The notes beneath the pieces were generated by a model that was not told where the DNA came from, ran no database searches, and worked only from the letters and a program-made list of their open reading frames with translations. From an uncultured Dehalococcoidales bacterium (GTDB lineage: Bacteria; Chloroflexota; Dehalococcoidia; Dehalococcoidales; BS750m-G39), in contig CAZDHX010000005.1 of the NCBI GenBank assembly GCA_964505425.1, positions 3,726 to 67,725 on the forward strand: 64,000 nucleotides of DNA, written 5' to 3'. Shown one piece after another: positions 1 to 8,022 of this stretch. Position numbers and translations under genes: made by a program. How positions within the stretch are numbered: position 1 is the stretch's first letter; each line of letters starts with the position of its first letter.

Positions 1-761
1 AGCATCAAGAAAAGTAATGCTGCGTTTATTTCTAGTCCCCCGTGTCCGCTACCCAATATTGGCATCCGGATCTTCGAAATCTTTTTATCTGAAGTAATCA
101 TAAATATATGCCGGATGCATTCGCAAATGCTACTCGGCTCTGCTCTGATACCAGTAGTTTCCCTCCTTATAGTAGCTGCCGTGATCAAAACGTTAACAGG
201 AATGTTCCAAGGTGAAGGTAAAGCTATGGTAGTCCCCGGAAGGTATGTACCGTCGCTATTTTTTAAAGCTCGCGATGTTTCCAATGTCTTCCCAATGACT
301 TTCCCAATTTCTGGAATTTTAGCGGGGTATCTGTCCAACATAAATGCGCCAAGGGCGCTATTTTTATCTGTTATACAATCATCAATAAATGCCGTATTTG
401 CAGGAAGCACCACAGCCGCAGTTTCATCCATCCCCGATATTTCTTGAATTTTACCGACTCTTAAATTGACTGAAGCCCCCCCCAATTTAACAGACAGACC
501 ATCTATAACTTTTACTTTCTTTACTTTCTTTTTCCCTTTTTCAATTAATACATAGATTGCTACACCGCCCAAGGTTAGCACACATCCAACTATAAACATT
601 ATCCACTTGGGGCTTGCGGTCAGTGTAAAGTTTTTTAGACCATCAAAACTGCAAAATGAGAGGAAAATAAGGACTAAACCGCAGATGACCAGAATATTAA
701 CTGTTGGTGCGTTAAATATGTATCTTATATTTTCAGCCGTTTCCTTGAGATCCTTAATCAT
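1..761 (-). CDS. Partial CDS (first 253 codons; C-terminus lies beyond the window edge): two predicted TM helices followed by an alpha/beta domain with macro-like motifs
   Basis: Absent from the ORF track because it runs off the window. Hand translation of the minus strand from ATG at 761 (SD-like AAAGGGGAAGA upstream) stays open to position 1: MIKDLKETAENIRYIFNAPTVNILVICGLVLIFLSF...WIMFIVGCVLTLGGVAIYVLIEKGKKK...AAVVLPANTAFIDDC...RMPILGSGHGGLE. It supersedes antisense track ORF 115..447. Visibly AT-rich. Confidence 0.6.
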   Translation of the reverse strand, partial: MIKDLKETAENIRYIFNAPTVNILVICGLVLIFLSFCSFDGLKNFTLTASPKWIMFIVGCVLTLGGVAIYVLIEKGKKKVKKVKVIDGLSVKLGGASVNLRVGKIQEISGMDETAAVVLPANTAFIDDCITDKNSALGAFMLDRYPAKIPEIGKVIGKTLETSRALKNSDGTYLPGTTIALPSPWNIPVNVLITAATIRRETTGIRAEPSSICECIRHIFMITSDKKISKIRMPILGSGHGGLEINAALLFLM

Positions 762-769
762 CTTCCCCT

Positions 770-1273
770 TTACTTATACCTCCTCACCTCAAATCGGTAC
801 AGTTTTACCGGCTCCTTGGCACCAATGCCTGCCTTCTGGCGGCAAATATCAAGCTGCTCATTCACCGTGTCCACCCCCCCAAGGTCGGGGAGGAGTAAAC
901 CCTTCCGCCACCCCGCCTCAACAATAACTCCGTACCTCTTCGGGTCTAGCTGTTTCTTGCTCTTTACCGGCTGGGGGGTGGTGAGGACGTCCACGCTGTT
1001 TTCAAGGTCTTTGAGCTCATCGGGGGTGATGGGGAGGAAGCGGGGGTCTCTGGTCGCCGAGCTGATGGCATTGAGGATAATCTCCTCAGCAACGTTGCTC
1101 TTTCGCGGCTCAATGGTGCCGATGCAACCTCTCAGTTCGCCGAGCTTGTGGATGGAGACAAAGGTTCCAGCCCTCTCCTTCATCTGGAGGGTGAGCTTTT
1201 GCGGCTTGAAGACCCTGCCCTCTTTGATATAAGCCTCCACTGTTTTCTTGGCTAATTTCACCAGCGAGTGCAC
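770..1273 (-). CDS. AMMECR1-domain protein (AmmeMemoRadiSam system protein A)
   Basis: Track ORF of 167 aa with the LRGCIGT motif typical of AMMECR1. It is adjacent to MEMO-like and radical SAM partners. Confidence 0.85.
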   Translation of the reverse strand: MHSLVKLAKKTVEAYIKEGRVFKPQKLTLQMKERAGTFVSIHKLGELRGCIGTIEPRKSNVAEEIILNAISSATRDPRFLPITPDELKDLENSVDVLTTPQPVKSKKQLDPKRYGVIVEAGWRKGLLLPDLGGVDTVNEQLDICRQKAGIGAKEPVKLYRFEVRRYK

Positions 1274-1274
1274 C

Positions 1275-2084
1275 TCATCCCCCCTTTATTATTATGCCGG
1301 CATAGCCCACCACGCTTGAGTAATCGCCGGTGGTATCTCCGCTGGTCTGGTATTTAACCAGCTCCGCCCCCTTCGCCCCCAGTTCCTTGGCGGCAACGAT
1401 AAGGCTCACCGCCGGGGCAAAGCCGCACATGGTGATATCAAATTTATCAACCCGCCTTAATAGCTCGTCCTCATCTAAGGCGAGTACCGCTTCTATGGCT
1501 TGATTGTCCTTCTTCTGGGCTGAGGCTTGCGGCTCATAGTGGGTCATGTCGCTGGAGGCGATAATTACCGCCTTCCCGCCCGATTCTTTAACCGCCCTGG
1601 CGAGCGCCTTGCCGATTTCCTTATAGATGGCGCCGCCGGCGTAGGCAAGCACGATTGGTACCAGCTTAAACTCCGTGTTGAAGTATTGCAGAAAGGGGAG
1701 CTGGACCTCAATGGAGTGCTCGCCGAGGTGGGCTGAATAGTCCTCCTCCAGGTATCTGGAGTTGGCTAGGATTTTCTTTGCCATCTCGGAGTCAATTTCT
1801 ACCTCGCCTAGCGGTGTTTGCCAGCTGCCTTCGGTCATGATGCTGAACGGTCTTCCCCTCCCGGTATGGTTCGGCCCCATGATGATAAAGGTGTCCTTAA
1901 ATTTAATCCGAGAGATGGTTGCCCCCGCCACCGCCCCCGAATATATATAGCCGGCGTGAGGAGAAATCAGCCCGATTACCTCTTGTTTTTTTGCTTTCTC
2001 CGCCACCATCCCCTTGAGCATCCGCTTAAGCTCCGAGGCTGATGCCGGATAGAACTGCCCCGCGACCACCGGGTTCCTGATCAT
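1275..2084 (-). CDS. MEMO1-family protein (AmmeMemoRadiSam system protein B)
   Basis: 269 aa with [11 protein letters not shown] and SSDMTHY motifs characteristic of the MEMO/extradiol-dioxygenase-like family. Tightly packed between the A and rSAM genes. Confidence 0.85.
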   Translation of the reverse strand: MIRNPVVAGQFYPASASELKRMLKGMVAEKAKKQEVIGLISPHAGYIYSGAVAGATISRIKFKDTFIIMGPNHTGRGRPFSIMTEGSWQTPLGEVEIDSEMAKKILANSRYLEEDYSAHLGEHSIEVQLPFLQYFNTEFKLVPIVLAYAGGAIYKEIGKALARAVKESGGKAVIIASSDMTHYEPQASAQKKDNQAIEAVLALDEDELLRRVDKFDITMCGFAPAVSLIVAAKELGAKGAELVKYQTSGDTTGDYSSVVGYAGIIIKGG

Positions 2085-2086
2085 CT

Positions 2087-3121
2087 TTACCTCCCCTCCG
2101 TCCCCCGCGTTCTGAAATTAAGCTCTGTCCCGCAGAACTTGCACCTTGGGCCGGCAAGCCCGATTACGTTAGCCTGGTAGCCTGACCTCTGCACAACAAG
2201 CCGCCCGCAGGAAAAGCAGATGGTAGATTCGGTTTTATGCCCGGGGACATTACCGGCATAGACGAACTTGAGCCCGGCCTCCTTCCCGATGTCATAGGCA
2301 TGCTCTATGGTGGATACCGGGGTCGGGGGCAGGTGCGCCATATGGTGGTGGGGATAAAAGCGGGTCACATGCCACGGCGTTAGCTCGCCGAGTTCGTCCC
2401 TTATCCAGCGGGCGATGCCCCCCAGTTGCTCGTCGTCGTCGTTCATGGTTGGTATAATGTTGGTGACGACCTCAACATGCATGTTCCATCTCTCCTTAGC
2501 CCGCTTGGCAACCTCAAGTATCCCCCGCCACTGGGTTACCTTTGCCAGGTTGCGGTAGAGGGCGTCGCTAAAGCCCTTGATATCAACCCGCCAGGCATCA
2601 AGGTAGGGCCCGATGGTGTCCAGGGCTTCGGGGGTGAGAAAGCCGTTGGTCACATAAACGGTATAGAGGTTATTCTTCTTCGCCAGCCGGGCGGAGTCAA
2701 AGGTATATTCAAACCAGATGCTGGGTTCATTATATGTCCAGGCAATGCCGTCACAATGATAGTGCCTTGCCAGTTCCACGGCGGTCTTGGGCTGGATTTC
2801 CTGGGAGTTAGCCCATGGTTCGTCCTCCGTGGGGCAGGAGATTTCCCAGTTCTGGCAGTCCTGGCAGTGAAAGTTGCATCCCCACCCCCCTATAGAAAAA
2901 GCCAGGGTGGCGGGGTAGAAGTGGAAGAGGGGTTTCTTTTCAATGGGGTCGGGGGCTACCGAGGACGCCTTGGCGTAGTTCATGTTGTAGAGGACGCCGT
3001 CTTTATTGTAATAGACGCGGCAGACGCCGTACTTGCCGGGGGCGATATTACAGCGCCACTGGCAGGTAGCACATTTTACCCTGGAGTTGGGCAGTTTTTC
3101 ATAGAGCATTGCCTCGCGCAT
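2087..3121 (-). CDS. AmmeMemoRadiSam system radical SAM enzyme
   Basis: 344 aa with the CNFHCQDCQNW (CxxxCxxC) radical SAM cluster motif plus an N-terminal Cys-rich segment (CATCQWRC). First gene of the trio. Confidence 0.85.
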   Translation of the reverse strand: MREAMLYEKLPNSRVKCATCQWRCNIAPGKYGVCRVYYNKDGVLYNMNYAKASSVAPDPIEKKPLFHFYPATLAFSIGGWGCNFHCQDCQNWEISCPTEDEPWANSQEIQPKTAVELARHYHCDGIAWTYNEPSIWFEYTFDSARLAKKNNLYTVYVTNGFLTPEALDTIGPYLDAWRVDIKGFSDALYRNLAKVTQWRGILEVAKRAKERWNMHVEVVTNIIPTMNDDDEQLGGIARWIRDELGELTPWHVTRFYPHHHMAHLPPTPVSTIEHAYDIGKEAGLKFVYAGNVPGHKTESTICFSCGRLVVQRSGYQANVIGLAGPRCKFCGTELNFRTRGTEGR

Positions 3122-3167
3122 GATGCTCCTTCACCCCATTATAACACTCGGCTAGTGCGAGTTACAC

Positions 3168-3246
3168 CCTCACCCCCTGTGTCCCCCTCTCCCTTGAGGG
3201 AGAGGGGGAGGACAATAAAAAAGAGGTGAGCATACCAACTCACCAC
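3168..3246. repeat. Composite GC-rich hairpin intergenic repeat, copy A (module A hairpin plus degenerate module B)
   Basis: CCCTCACCCCCTGTGTCCCCCTCTCCC-TTGA-GGGAGAGGGGGAGG followed by AAGAGGTGAG-N8-CTCACC. Same family as the copies at 7182, 42549, 50506 and 61843. Confidence 0.8.
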
Positions 3247-3277
3247 ATATTGTCTCAACAATGTATATGTTATAATT

Positions 3278-4330
3278 ATGTATAATATGGCGTGGGAAAT
3301 ACCGAAATACACTCTTGCAGATGTAGATAATGCAGGGGAACTTCTTGTTCATAAACACCGAGATGAACAAGAGTATACTCTTGCCCTTAAAGTCATTGAT
3401 AATTGGCGTGCCGTGCATGCTTTCCCATTGAATACCATGCAGGTGTACTTACGAAAAAAGGCCAGCATTATAGACCATAATGCTATTGTGGCTCAACGCA
3501 TCAAACGACTTACTTCAATAGAATTAAAGTTGCGACATATGCCTGAGTTAAAACTCTCAGAAATGCAGGATATTGGTGGTTGTAGGGCTGTGGTTAGATC
3601 GGTAGCAGCAGTTAAAAAGTTAGTAAAAGCTTATCATGATAGTGATATTAAGCATAAACTTGATGATTGGGATGATTACATTAAAGAGCCAAAGCTAAGT
3701 GGATACCGTAGTTATCATCTCATATATCGCTACTATAGCGATAAAAAGTCTACCTATAATGATAGAAAAATTGAAATGCAGTTACGCTCCAAACTCCAAC
3801 ATGTTTGGGCTACAGCAGTAGAAACAGTCGGTACATTCACGGGGCAAGCACTAAAGTCAAGCATTGGCGCAAGAGAGTGGTTACGTTTTTTCCAGCTAAT
3901 GGGGACGGTTATTGCCCTGAAAGAGGGTACCGCCCCTGTTCCTAATACACCAACAGACAATAATAGTCTACTGCGAGAGTTACGGGATTGTGCAACTAGC
4001 TTGCAAGTGGAGACTAAATTGTCTGCTTATGGGGCTGCATTGCATGAACTAACAAGGGAAAGGCACAAAGCGCACTTTTATCTTCTAGCACTAAACCCAG
4101 TCGCAAAGACTATTAGGGTTCGAGAGTATAAAAAAGGAGAGTTAAGTAGGGCACTTCGAGACTATACGCCAACAGAACAGGGTATTCGGAAGAAACCTGG
4201 TGGGGAAGCCGTTCTTGTGTCTGTTGACTCAATGGCAGCGTTGCGAAGCGCATATCCTAATTACTTTCTTGATACTGTTAAATTCCGTGAAGAATTGCAG
4301 TCCGCTCTCAGTGGGAAAATCGGCAAGTAA
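3278..4330 (+). CDS. RelA/SpoT-domain nucleotidyltransferase (small alarmone synthetase-like) with a ~150-aa C-terminal extension; toxSAS/CapRel-like architecture
   Basis: 350 aa with synthetase-fold motifs DIGGCRAVV, SGYRSYHLIY and IEMQLRSKLQHVWA. No hydrolase domain. AT-rich, monocistronic, and flanked by repeat copies at 3168 and 4344. The alternative ATG at 3287 is equally possible. Confidence 0.8.
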   Translation: MYNMAWEIPKYTLADVDNAGELLVHKHRDEQEYTLALKVIDNWRAVHAFPLNTMQVYLRKKASIIDHNAIVAQRIKRLTSIELKLRHMPELKLSEMQDIGGCRAVVRSVAAVKKLVKAYHDSDIKHKLDDWDDYIKEPKLSGYRSYHLIYRYYSDKKSTYNDRKIEMQLRSKLQHVWATAVETVGTFTGQALKSSIGAREWLRFFQLMGTVIALKEGTAPVPNTPTDNNSLLRELRDCATSLQVETKLSAYGAALHELTRERHKAHFYLLALNPVAKTIRVREYKKGELSRALRDYTPTEQGIRKKPGGEAVLVSVDSMAALRSAYPNYFLDTVKFREELQSALSGKIGK

Positions 4331-4343
4331 TGGAACTTGCTCA

Positions 4344-4369
4344 AGGGGAGGGGGATAAAGGGGGAGGGT
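4344..4369. repeat. Partial (one-arm) copy of the GC-rich repeat family, reverse orientation
   Basis: GGGGAGGGGGATAAAGGGGGAGGG matches the GGAGAGGGGGATAAAGGGGGTGAGG arm of the other copies. Confidence 0.55.
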
Positions 4370-4411
4370 TTTCCTTGACTACATAGCTACCAAAGGCTAG
4401 ACTTGAGTTAG

Positions 4412-5029
4412 ATGAAGGTTATCGGTCTTACCGGCGGCATTGGCAGCGGCAAGAGCACCGTCTCCGGCTTCTTAGCGGAGCTGGGGGCGACGGTTATTGA
4501 CTTGGACAAGGTGTGGCATGAGGCGCTCAAGCCTGATACCGAGGTGGGGCGGGTGGTGGCGGCTGCCTTCGGCAAGGTGATTGTCACTCCGGAGGGCGAG
4601 ATTGACCGCAAGAGGCTGGGGAAGATAGTCTTTGCCAATCCCGATGCCCTGGCCCGCCTGAATAATATAATGCACCCGTGGATGTATGACACGGTGAAGG
4701 ATCAGCTTGATGAATATCGGCGGCAGGGGGTAGGGGTGGTGGTGCTGGAAGCCCCCCTCCTCATTGATATGCCTCTTCGTTTGAAAAAAGGTACGCCTTC
4801 ATTGCTGGACGAAGTGGACGAGGTCTGGGTAACTTTAGCCCCGGAGCCGGTGGTGCTCAAACGCCTGAAGAAAAAGAGCGGCATGCCCGAAGAGCAGGCG
4901 CTGGCTCGCATCCGCTCCCAGCTGTCTTCCGAGGAGAGAAACAAGCACGCCGATGTAGTCATAGATACCGATTGCCGTCTTAATGAGCTCAAGGCTAAGG
5001 TAAAGAAGCTATGGCAGAGGCTTGCTTGA
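4412..5029 (+). CDS. coaE: Dephospho-CoA kinase
   Basis: 205 aa with the N-terminal P-loop IGLTGGIGSGKST, typical of CoaE. Confidence 0.9.
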   Translation: MKVIGLTGGIGSGKSTVSGFLAELGATVIDLDKVWHEALKPDTEVGRVVAAAFGKVIVTPEGEIDRKRLGKIVFANPDALARLNNIMHPWMYDTVKDQLDEYRRQGVGVVVLEAPLLIDMPLRLKKGTPSLLDEVDEVWVTLAPEPVVLKRLKKKSGMPEEQALARIRSQLSSEERNKHADVVIDTDCRLNELKAKVKKLWQRLA

Positions 5030-5055
5030 CACCTAGCTAGAGCAATTGCTACAAT
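5026..5055 (+). promoter_or_regulatory. Putative sigma70-type promoter for rplU-rpmA-rpmE
   Basis: TTGACA (5026-5031), 18-nt spacer, TACAAT (5050-5055). Lies 24 nt upstream of the rplU start. Confidence 0.5.
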
Positions 5056-5078
5056 AATCTGTTTACGGAGGTTTTAAG

Positions 5079-5459
5079 ATTTACGCTATTATTGAGACCG
5101 GGGGCAAGCAGTATAAGGTAAACCCCGGTGAGACCATAGATGTAGAACGCCTGGACGTGGCTGAGGGCAAGACCGTCGAGCTGGATAGGGTGTTGCTTAT
5201 CGCCGATGGCGAGCGGGTAATTGTCGGTACGCCCACTGTTGACGGGGCAAAGGTGGTTGCCACCGCGCAGGGGGAGGGCAAGGGCAAGAAGGTTATCGTC
5301 TTTAAGTACAAGCCCAAGGTCCGTTACCGCAAGAAGACCGGGCATCGCCAGCTTTACACCAGGCTGGTTATAGATAAGATAGTTGAGCCGGGAGCGGCTG
5401 AGGTCAAGCCGGTCAAGAAAGCCCGGCGCAAAAAAGAGGTGAAGGAAAGTGGCGCATAA
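5079..5459 (+). CDS. rplU: 50S ribosomal protein L21, apparent ATT start codon
   Basis: The conserved L21 N-terminus (I)[13 protein letters not shown] is encoded from 5079, upstream of the track start (GTG at 5157). The frame is closed by TAA at 5055-5057, with no ATG/GTG/TTG between. GGAGG at 5067-5071 lies 7 nt before ATT. Confidence 0.85.
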   Translation: MYAIIETGGKQYKVNPGETIDVERLDVAEGKTVELDRVLLIADGERVIVGTPTVDGAKVVATAQGEGKGKKVIVFKYKPKVRYRKKTGHRQLYTRLVIDKIVEPGAAEVKPVKKARRKKEVKESGA

Positions 5460-5703
5460 AAAGGGAGGCGGCAGCACTCGTTGCGGTCGCGATAGCAAGT
5501 CAAAGCGGCTCGGCGTTAAAAGATTTGACGGTCAGCGTGTAAATGCCGGCACGATTATCGTCCGCCAGCGCGGCACCCGCATCCACCCCGGCAGCAACGT
5601 CGGCGTGGGCAAGGACTATACCATTTACGCCCTGATTGACGGCGTGGTCAAGTTTGAGCCGACAACTAACAACCGGAGGAAGGTTAGCGTTCGCGCTAGC
5701 TAA
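5449..5703 (+). CDS. rpmA: 50S ribosomal protein L27
   Basis: [24 protein letters not shown] is the canonical L27 N-terminus. Confidence 0.95.
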   Translation: MAHKKGGGSTRCGRDSKSKRLGVKRFDGQRVNAGTIIVRQRGTRIHPGSNVGVGKDYTIYALIDGVVKFEPTTNNRRKVSVRAS

Positions 5704-5708
5704 TTATT

Positions 5709-5918
5709 ATGAAGCCTAAGATTCATCCCGAGTATTATAACGATGCCCAGGTAGTCTGTGCCTGTGGCAATACCTTTACCATCGGCTCGACCAAGAAGAT
5801 GATGAAGGTCGAGCTTTGCAGTAAGTGCCACCCCTTTTACACCGGTGAGCAGAGGGTGGTGGATACCATGGGGCGGGTGGAGCGCTTTAAGCGGCGCTAT
5901 AAGAAGGTGGAAGGTTAA
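5709..5918 (+). CDS. rpmE: 50S ribosomal protein L31
   Basis: [10 protein letters not shown] start and Cys pairs (CACGN...[10 protein letters not shown]), typical of zinc-type L31. Confidence 0.95.
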   Translation: MKPKIHPEYYNDAQVVCACGNTFTIGSTKKMMKVELCSKCHPFYTGEQRVVDTMGRVERFKRRYKKVEG

Positions 5919-5931
5919 ATAGACAGGGTTA

Positions 5932-6855
5932 ATGGGGAAGGAGCGGGCGAGTACCGCTCCTTTTTGTTTGCTGATGGGCGATAGGTTTTATTATGGCGGG
6001 CAGGCGGTTATTGATGGGGTGATGATGCGGGGGCGGAAGGCGATGGTTACCGCCGTGCGTCGCCCCGGCGGTGGGGTGGCGGTAGATGCCCAGCCCCTGA
6101 CCGGTATCTATTCCGGCTGGGTGAGGCGGACCCCGCTACTGCGAGGCATTATTGTTTTTCTTGAGGTCCTGGTGCTGGGTATCAAGAGCCTGCTCTACTC
6201 GGCTAACGTCTCCCTGGAGGAGGAAGAGGCGCAAATTTCCGGATGGTTTGTCTGGCTCCTGTTAGCTGTTTCACTGGGTTCGGGGGTGGCTCTTTTCTTT
6301 ATGGCTCCCCTTTTCCTTACCAAATTGCTTGCCCCGCATGTCACTTCGTCCCTGGTGTTTAACCTGATAGAGGGCGTTATTCGGGTGGCTATCTTCGTTG
6401 CTTACCTTAAGCTAATCACCCTCATGCCTGACATCAAGCGGGTATTTGCCTATCACGGTGCTGAGCATAAGGCGGTGCATGCCTACGAAGCCGGTGTGCC
6501 GCTGGAGGTGGCAGAGGTCAGAAAATACAATACCGCCCATGTTCGCTGTGGCACCAGCTTTCTCTTTGTCGTCTTGATTATCGCCATCATCGTTTTTGCC
6601 CTTGTTGGCTTGCCCTCGCTTTGGCTCATGGTCCTGTCGCGAATCGTGCTCATGCCGCTCATTGCCGCCCTCAGTTATGAGGTCATCTATTTTGGCAATA
6701 GACATACTGATAACTGGATGGTCAGGGCGGTTCTCGCCCCGGGGCTGTGGTTACAGTCGCTGACGACGAGGGAGCCAGATGATGCTCAGCTAGAAGTAGC
6801 CCTATCGGCTTTGCGGAGGGTGGTGGAGATTGACCAGGCTGAGGAGACGGCTTAA
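5932..6855 (+). CDS. DUF1385-family membrane protein (YqhQ-like)
   Basis: YHGAEHKAVHAYE motif with several TM segments, in the common position after rpmE. The start may instead be the internal ATG at 5974 (MGDRFYYGGQAVIDGVMMRG). Confidence 0.8.
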   Translation: MGKERASTAPFCLLMGDRFYYGGQAVIDGVMMRGRKAMVTAVRRPGGGVAVDAQPLTGIYSGWVRRTPLLRGIIVFLEVLVLGIKSLLYSANVSLEEEEAQISGWFVWLLLAVSLGSGVALFFMAPLFLTKLLAPHVTSSLVFNLIEGVIRVAIFVAYLKLITLMPDIKRVFAYHGAEHKAVHAYEAGVPLEVAEVRKYNTAHVRCGTSFLFVVLIIAIIVFALVGLPSLWLMVLSRIVLMPLIAALSYEVIYFGNRHTDNWMVRAVLAPGLWLQSLTTREPDDAQLEVALSALRRVVEIDQAEETA

Positions 6856-6857
6856 TT

Positions 6858-7181
6858 TTACGTGTCCTCTTTGGTTAGCTCTTGGAAGAAGCAGGTCTTG
6901 TTGCCGGTGTGGCACACCGGACCGGAGGCTTTACCTTTAATCAGAATGGTATCGCTATCGCAGTCCTTCCATATTGATTTGACCTTGATGATACTGCCCG
7001 AGGTCTCGCCCTTGTGCCACAGCTCCTGGCGGCTGCGGCTGTAGAACCACGCCTCCCCGCTATTCAGTGTCCGGCGCAGCGCCTCCTCGTTCATGTAGGC
7101 GAGCATCAATACCTCGCCGGTATCAGCATCCTGAGCGATAGCCGGGACAAGACCCTTTTCGTTGAATTTTATATCTTTCAT
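6858..7181 (-). CDS. hisI: Phosphoribosyl-AMP cyclohydrolase
   Basis: [31 protein letters not shown]...CHTG is the HisI signature. The 26 codons the track adds upstream (to 7259) translate the intergenic repeat ([14 protein letters not shown]) and are rejected. Confidence 0.85.
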   Translation of the reverse strand: MKDIKFNEKGLVPAIAQDADTGEVLMLAYMNEEALRRTLNSGEAWFYSRSRQELWHKGETSGSIIKVKSIWKDCDSDTILIKGKASGPVCHTGNKTCFFQELTKEDT

Positions 7182-7267
7182 CAACCTCACCCCCTTTGTC
7201 CCCCTCTCCACTCTTGGAGAGGGGGAAGTGAGGGTTTTGAAGGGGCGAAGCCCCTTCAAACTACCCC
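7182..7267. repeat. Composite GC-rich hairpin intergenic repeat, copy B
   Basis: CAACCTCACCCCCTTTGTCCCCCTCTCCACTCTTGGAGAGGGGGAAGTGAGGG followed by TTGAAGGGGCGAAGCCCCTTCAAACTACCCC. It fills the whole hisA-hisI spacer, and its arm GGGGGTGAGG is positioned as the SD of hisI. Confidence 0.85.
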
Positions 7268-7269
7268 AT

Positions 7270-8022
7270 TTAGCTAGTAGCTAGCGCCTGCTTTAAATCT
7301 ATGTCCCCGGTATAGAGCGCCTTGCCGATTATGGCGCCCTCGGCGCCCAGTGCTTTGAGCATGTTTAAATGGTTCAGCGACGATATTCCGCCGGAGGCAA
7401 TGACCGGCGTTCTGACGGCATTAATAAGCTCGGCGATAGCGGAAAAATTTGGCTCGGTGAGGGTGCCGTCGCGGTTAATATCGGTATAGATAAAGCGACT
7501 CACCCCCAGCTCTACCATAGACTGGGCAAGTTCCACCGCCTCAAGTTGCGTCTCCTGGCGCCAGCCGTGGGTAGAGATATAGCCGTCTCTGGCGTCAATG
7601 CCGACGATAATAGATTCCCGGAAGCGCTGGCATGCCCGCTTAACCAGCCCCTGGTCCTCAACGGCGGCGGTGCCCAGAATGACCCGCTCTACGCCCGCCT
7701 TTAGCAGTTGCTCAATGGTCTCAAGCTGGCGGATGCCGCCACCCAGTTGAGTCGGCACCAGGGCGGCGCTGGCTATCTCGGTGATAATATCCAGATTATA
7801 GACCTCGCCGCCAAAGGCACCATCAAGGTCAACGATATGCAGTCTTGGCGCCCCCAGCGATTGCCACTCCAGTGCCACCTCTACCGGGTCGTCGGAGAAG
7901 ACCGTTTCCTGGTCAAAGTCACCCTGATAGAGGCGGACGCACCGGCCGTCTCTGATATCTATGGCGGGGATGATTTCTATATTAACCCACCTTATAGGTT
8001 GATATTGGAATACTTTCGCCAC
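7270..8022 (-). CDS. hisA: 1-(5-phosphoribosyl)-5-[(5-phosphoribosylamino)methylideneamino]imidazole-4-carboxamide isomerase
   Basis: [25 protein letters not shown] and ASGGIS motifs. ATG at 8022 gives a 14-aa N-terminal extension overlapping the upstream gene. An ATA at 7980 preceded by AAGGTGG would give the typical (M)EIIPAID N-terminus. Confidence 0.85.
   Translation of the reverse strand: MAKVFQYQPIRWVNIEIIPAIDIRDGRCVRLYQGDFDQETVFSDDPVEVALEWQSLGAPRLHIVDLDGAFGGEVYNLDIITEIASAALVPTQLGGGIRQLETIEQLLKAGVERVILGTAAVEDQGLVKRACQRFRESIIVGIDARDGYISTHGWRQETQLEAVELAQSMVELGVSRFIYTDINRDGTLTEPNFSAIAELINAVRTPVIASGGISSLNHLNMLKALGAEGAIIGKALYTGDIDLKQALATS

Noticed and set aside
115-927. Track ORFs 115..447 (+), 607..927 (+) and 816..1232 (+)
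   Set aside because: They lie antisense to stronger minus-strand genes with SD sequences and recognisable domains (the TM/macro-like ORF and AMMECR1), and have no motifs of their own.
3170-3418. ORFs produced by the GC-rich repeat elements: track ORFs 3170..3418 (-), 7014..7277 (+) and 42598..42780 (+), and the N-terminal 26 codons of track ORF 6858..7259
   Set aside because: Their only distinctive sequence (SPSPxxERG...GVRL) is the translation of the intergenic hairpin repeat in several unrelated locations. They lack SD sequences and coding context.
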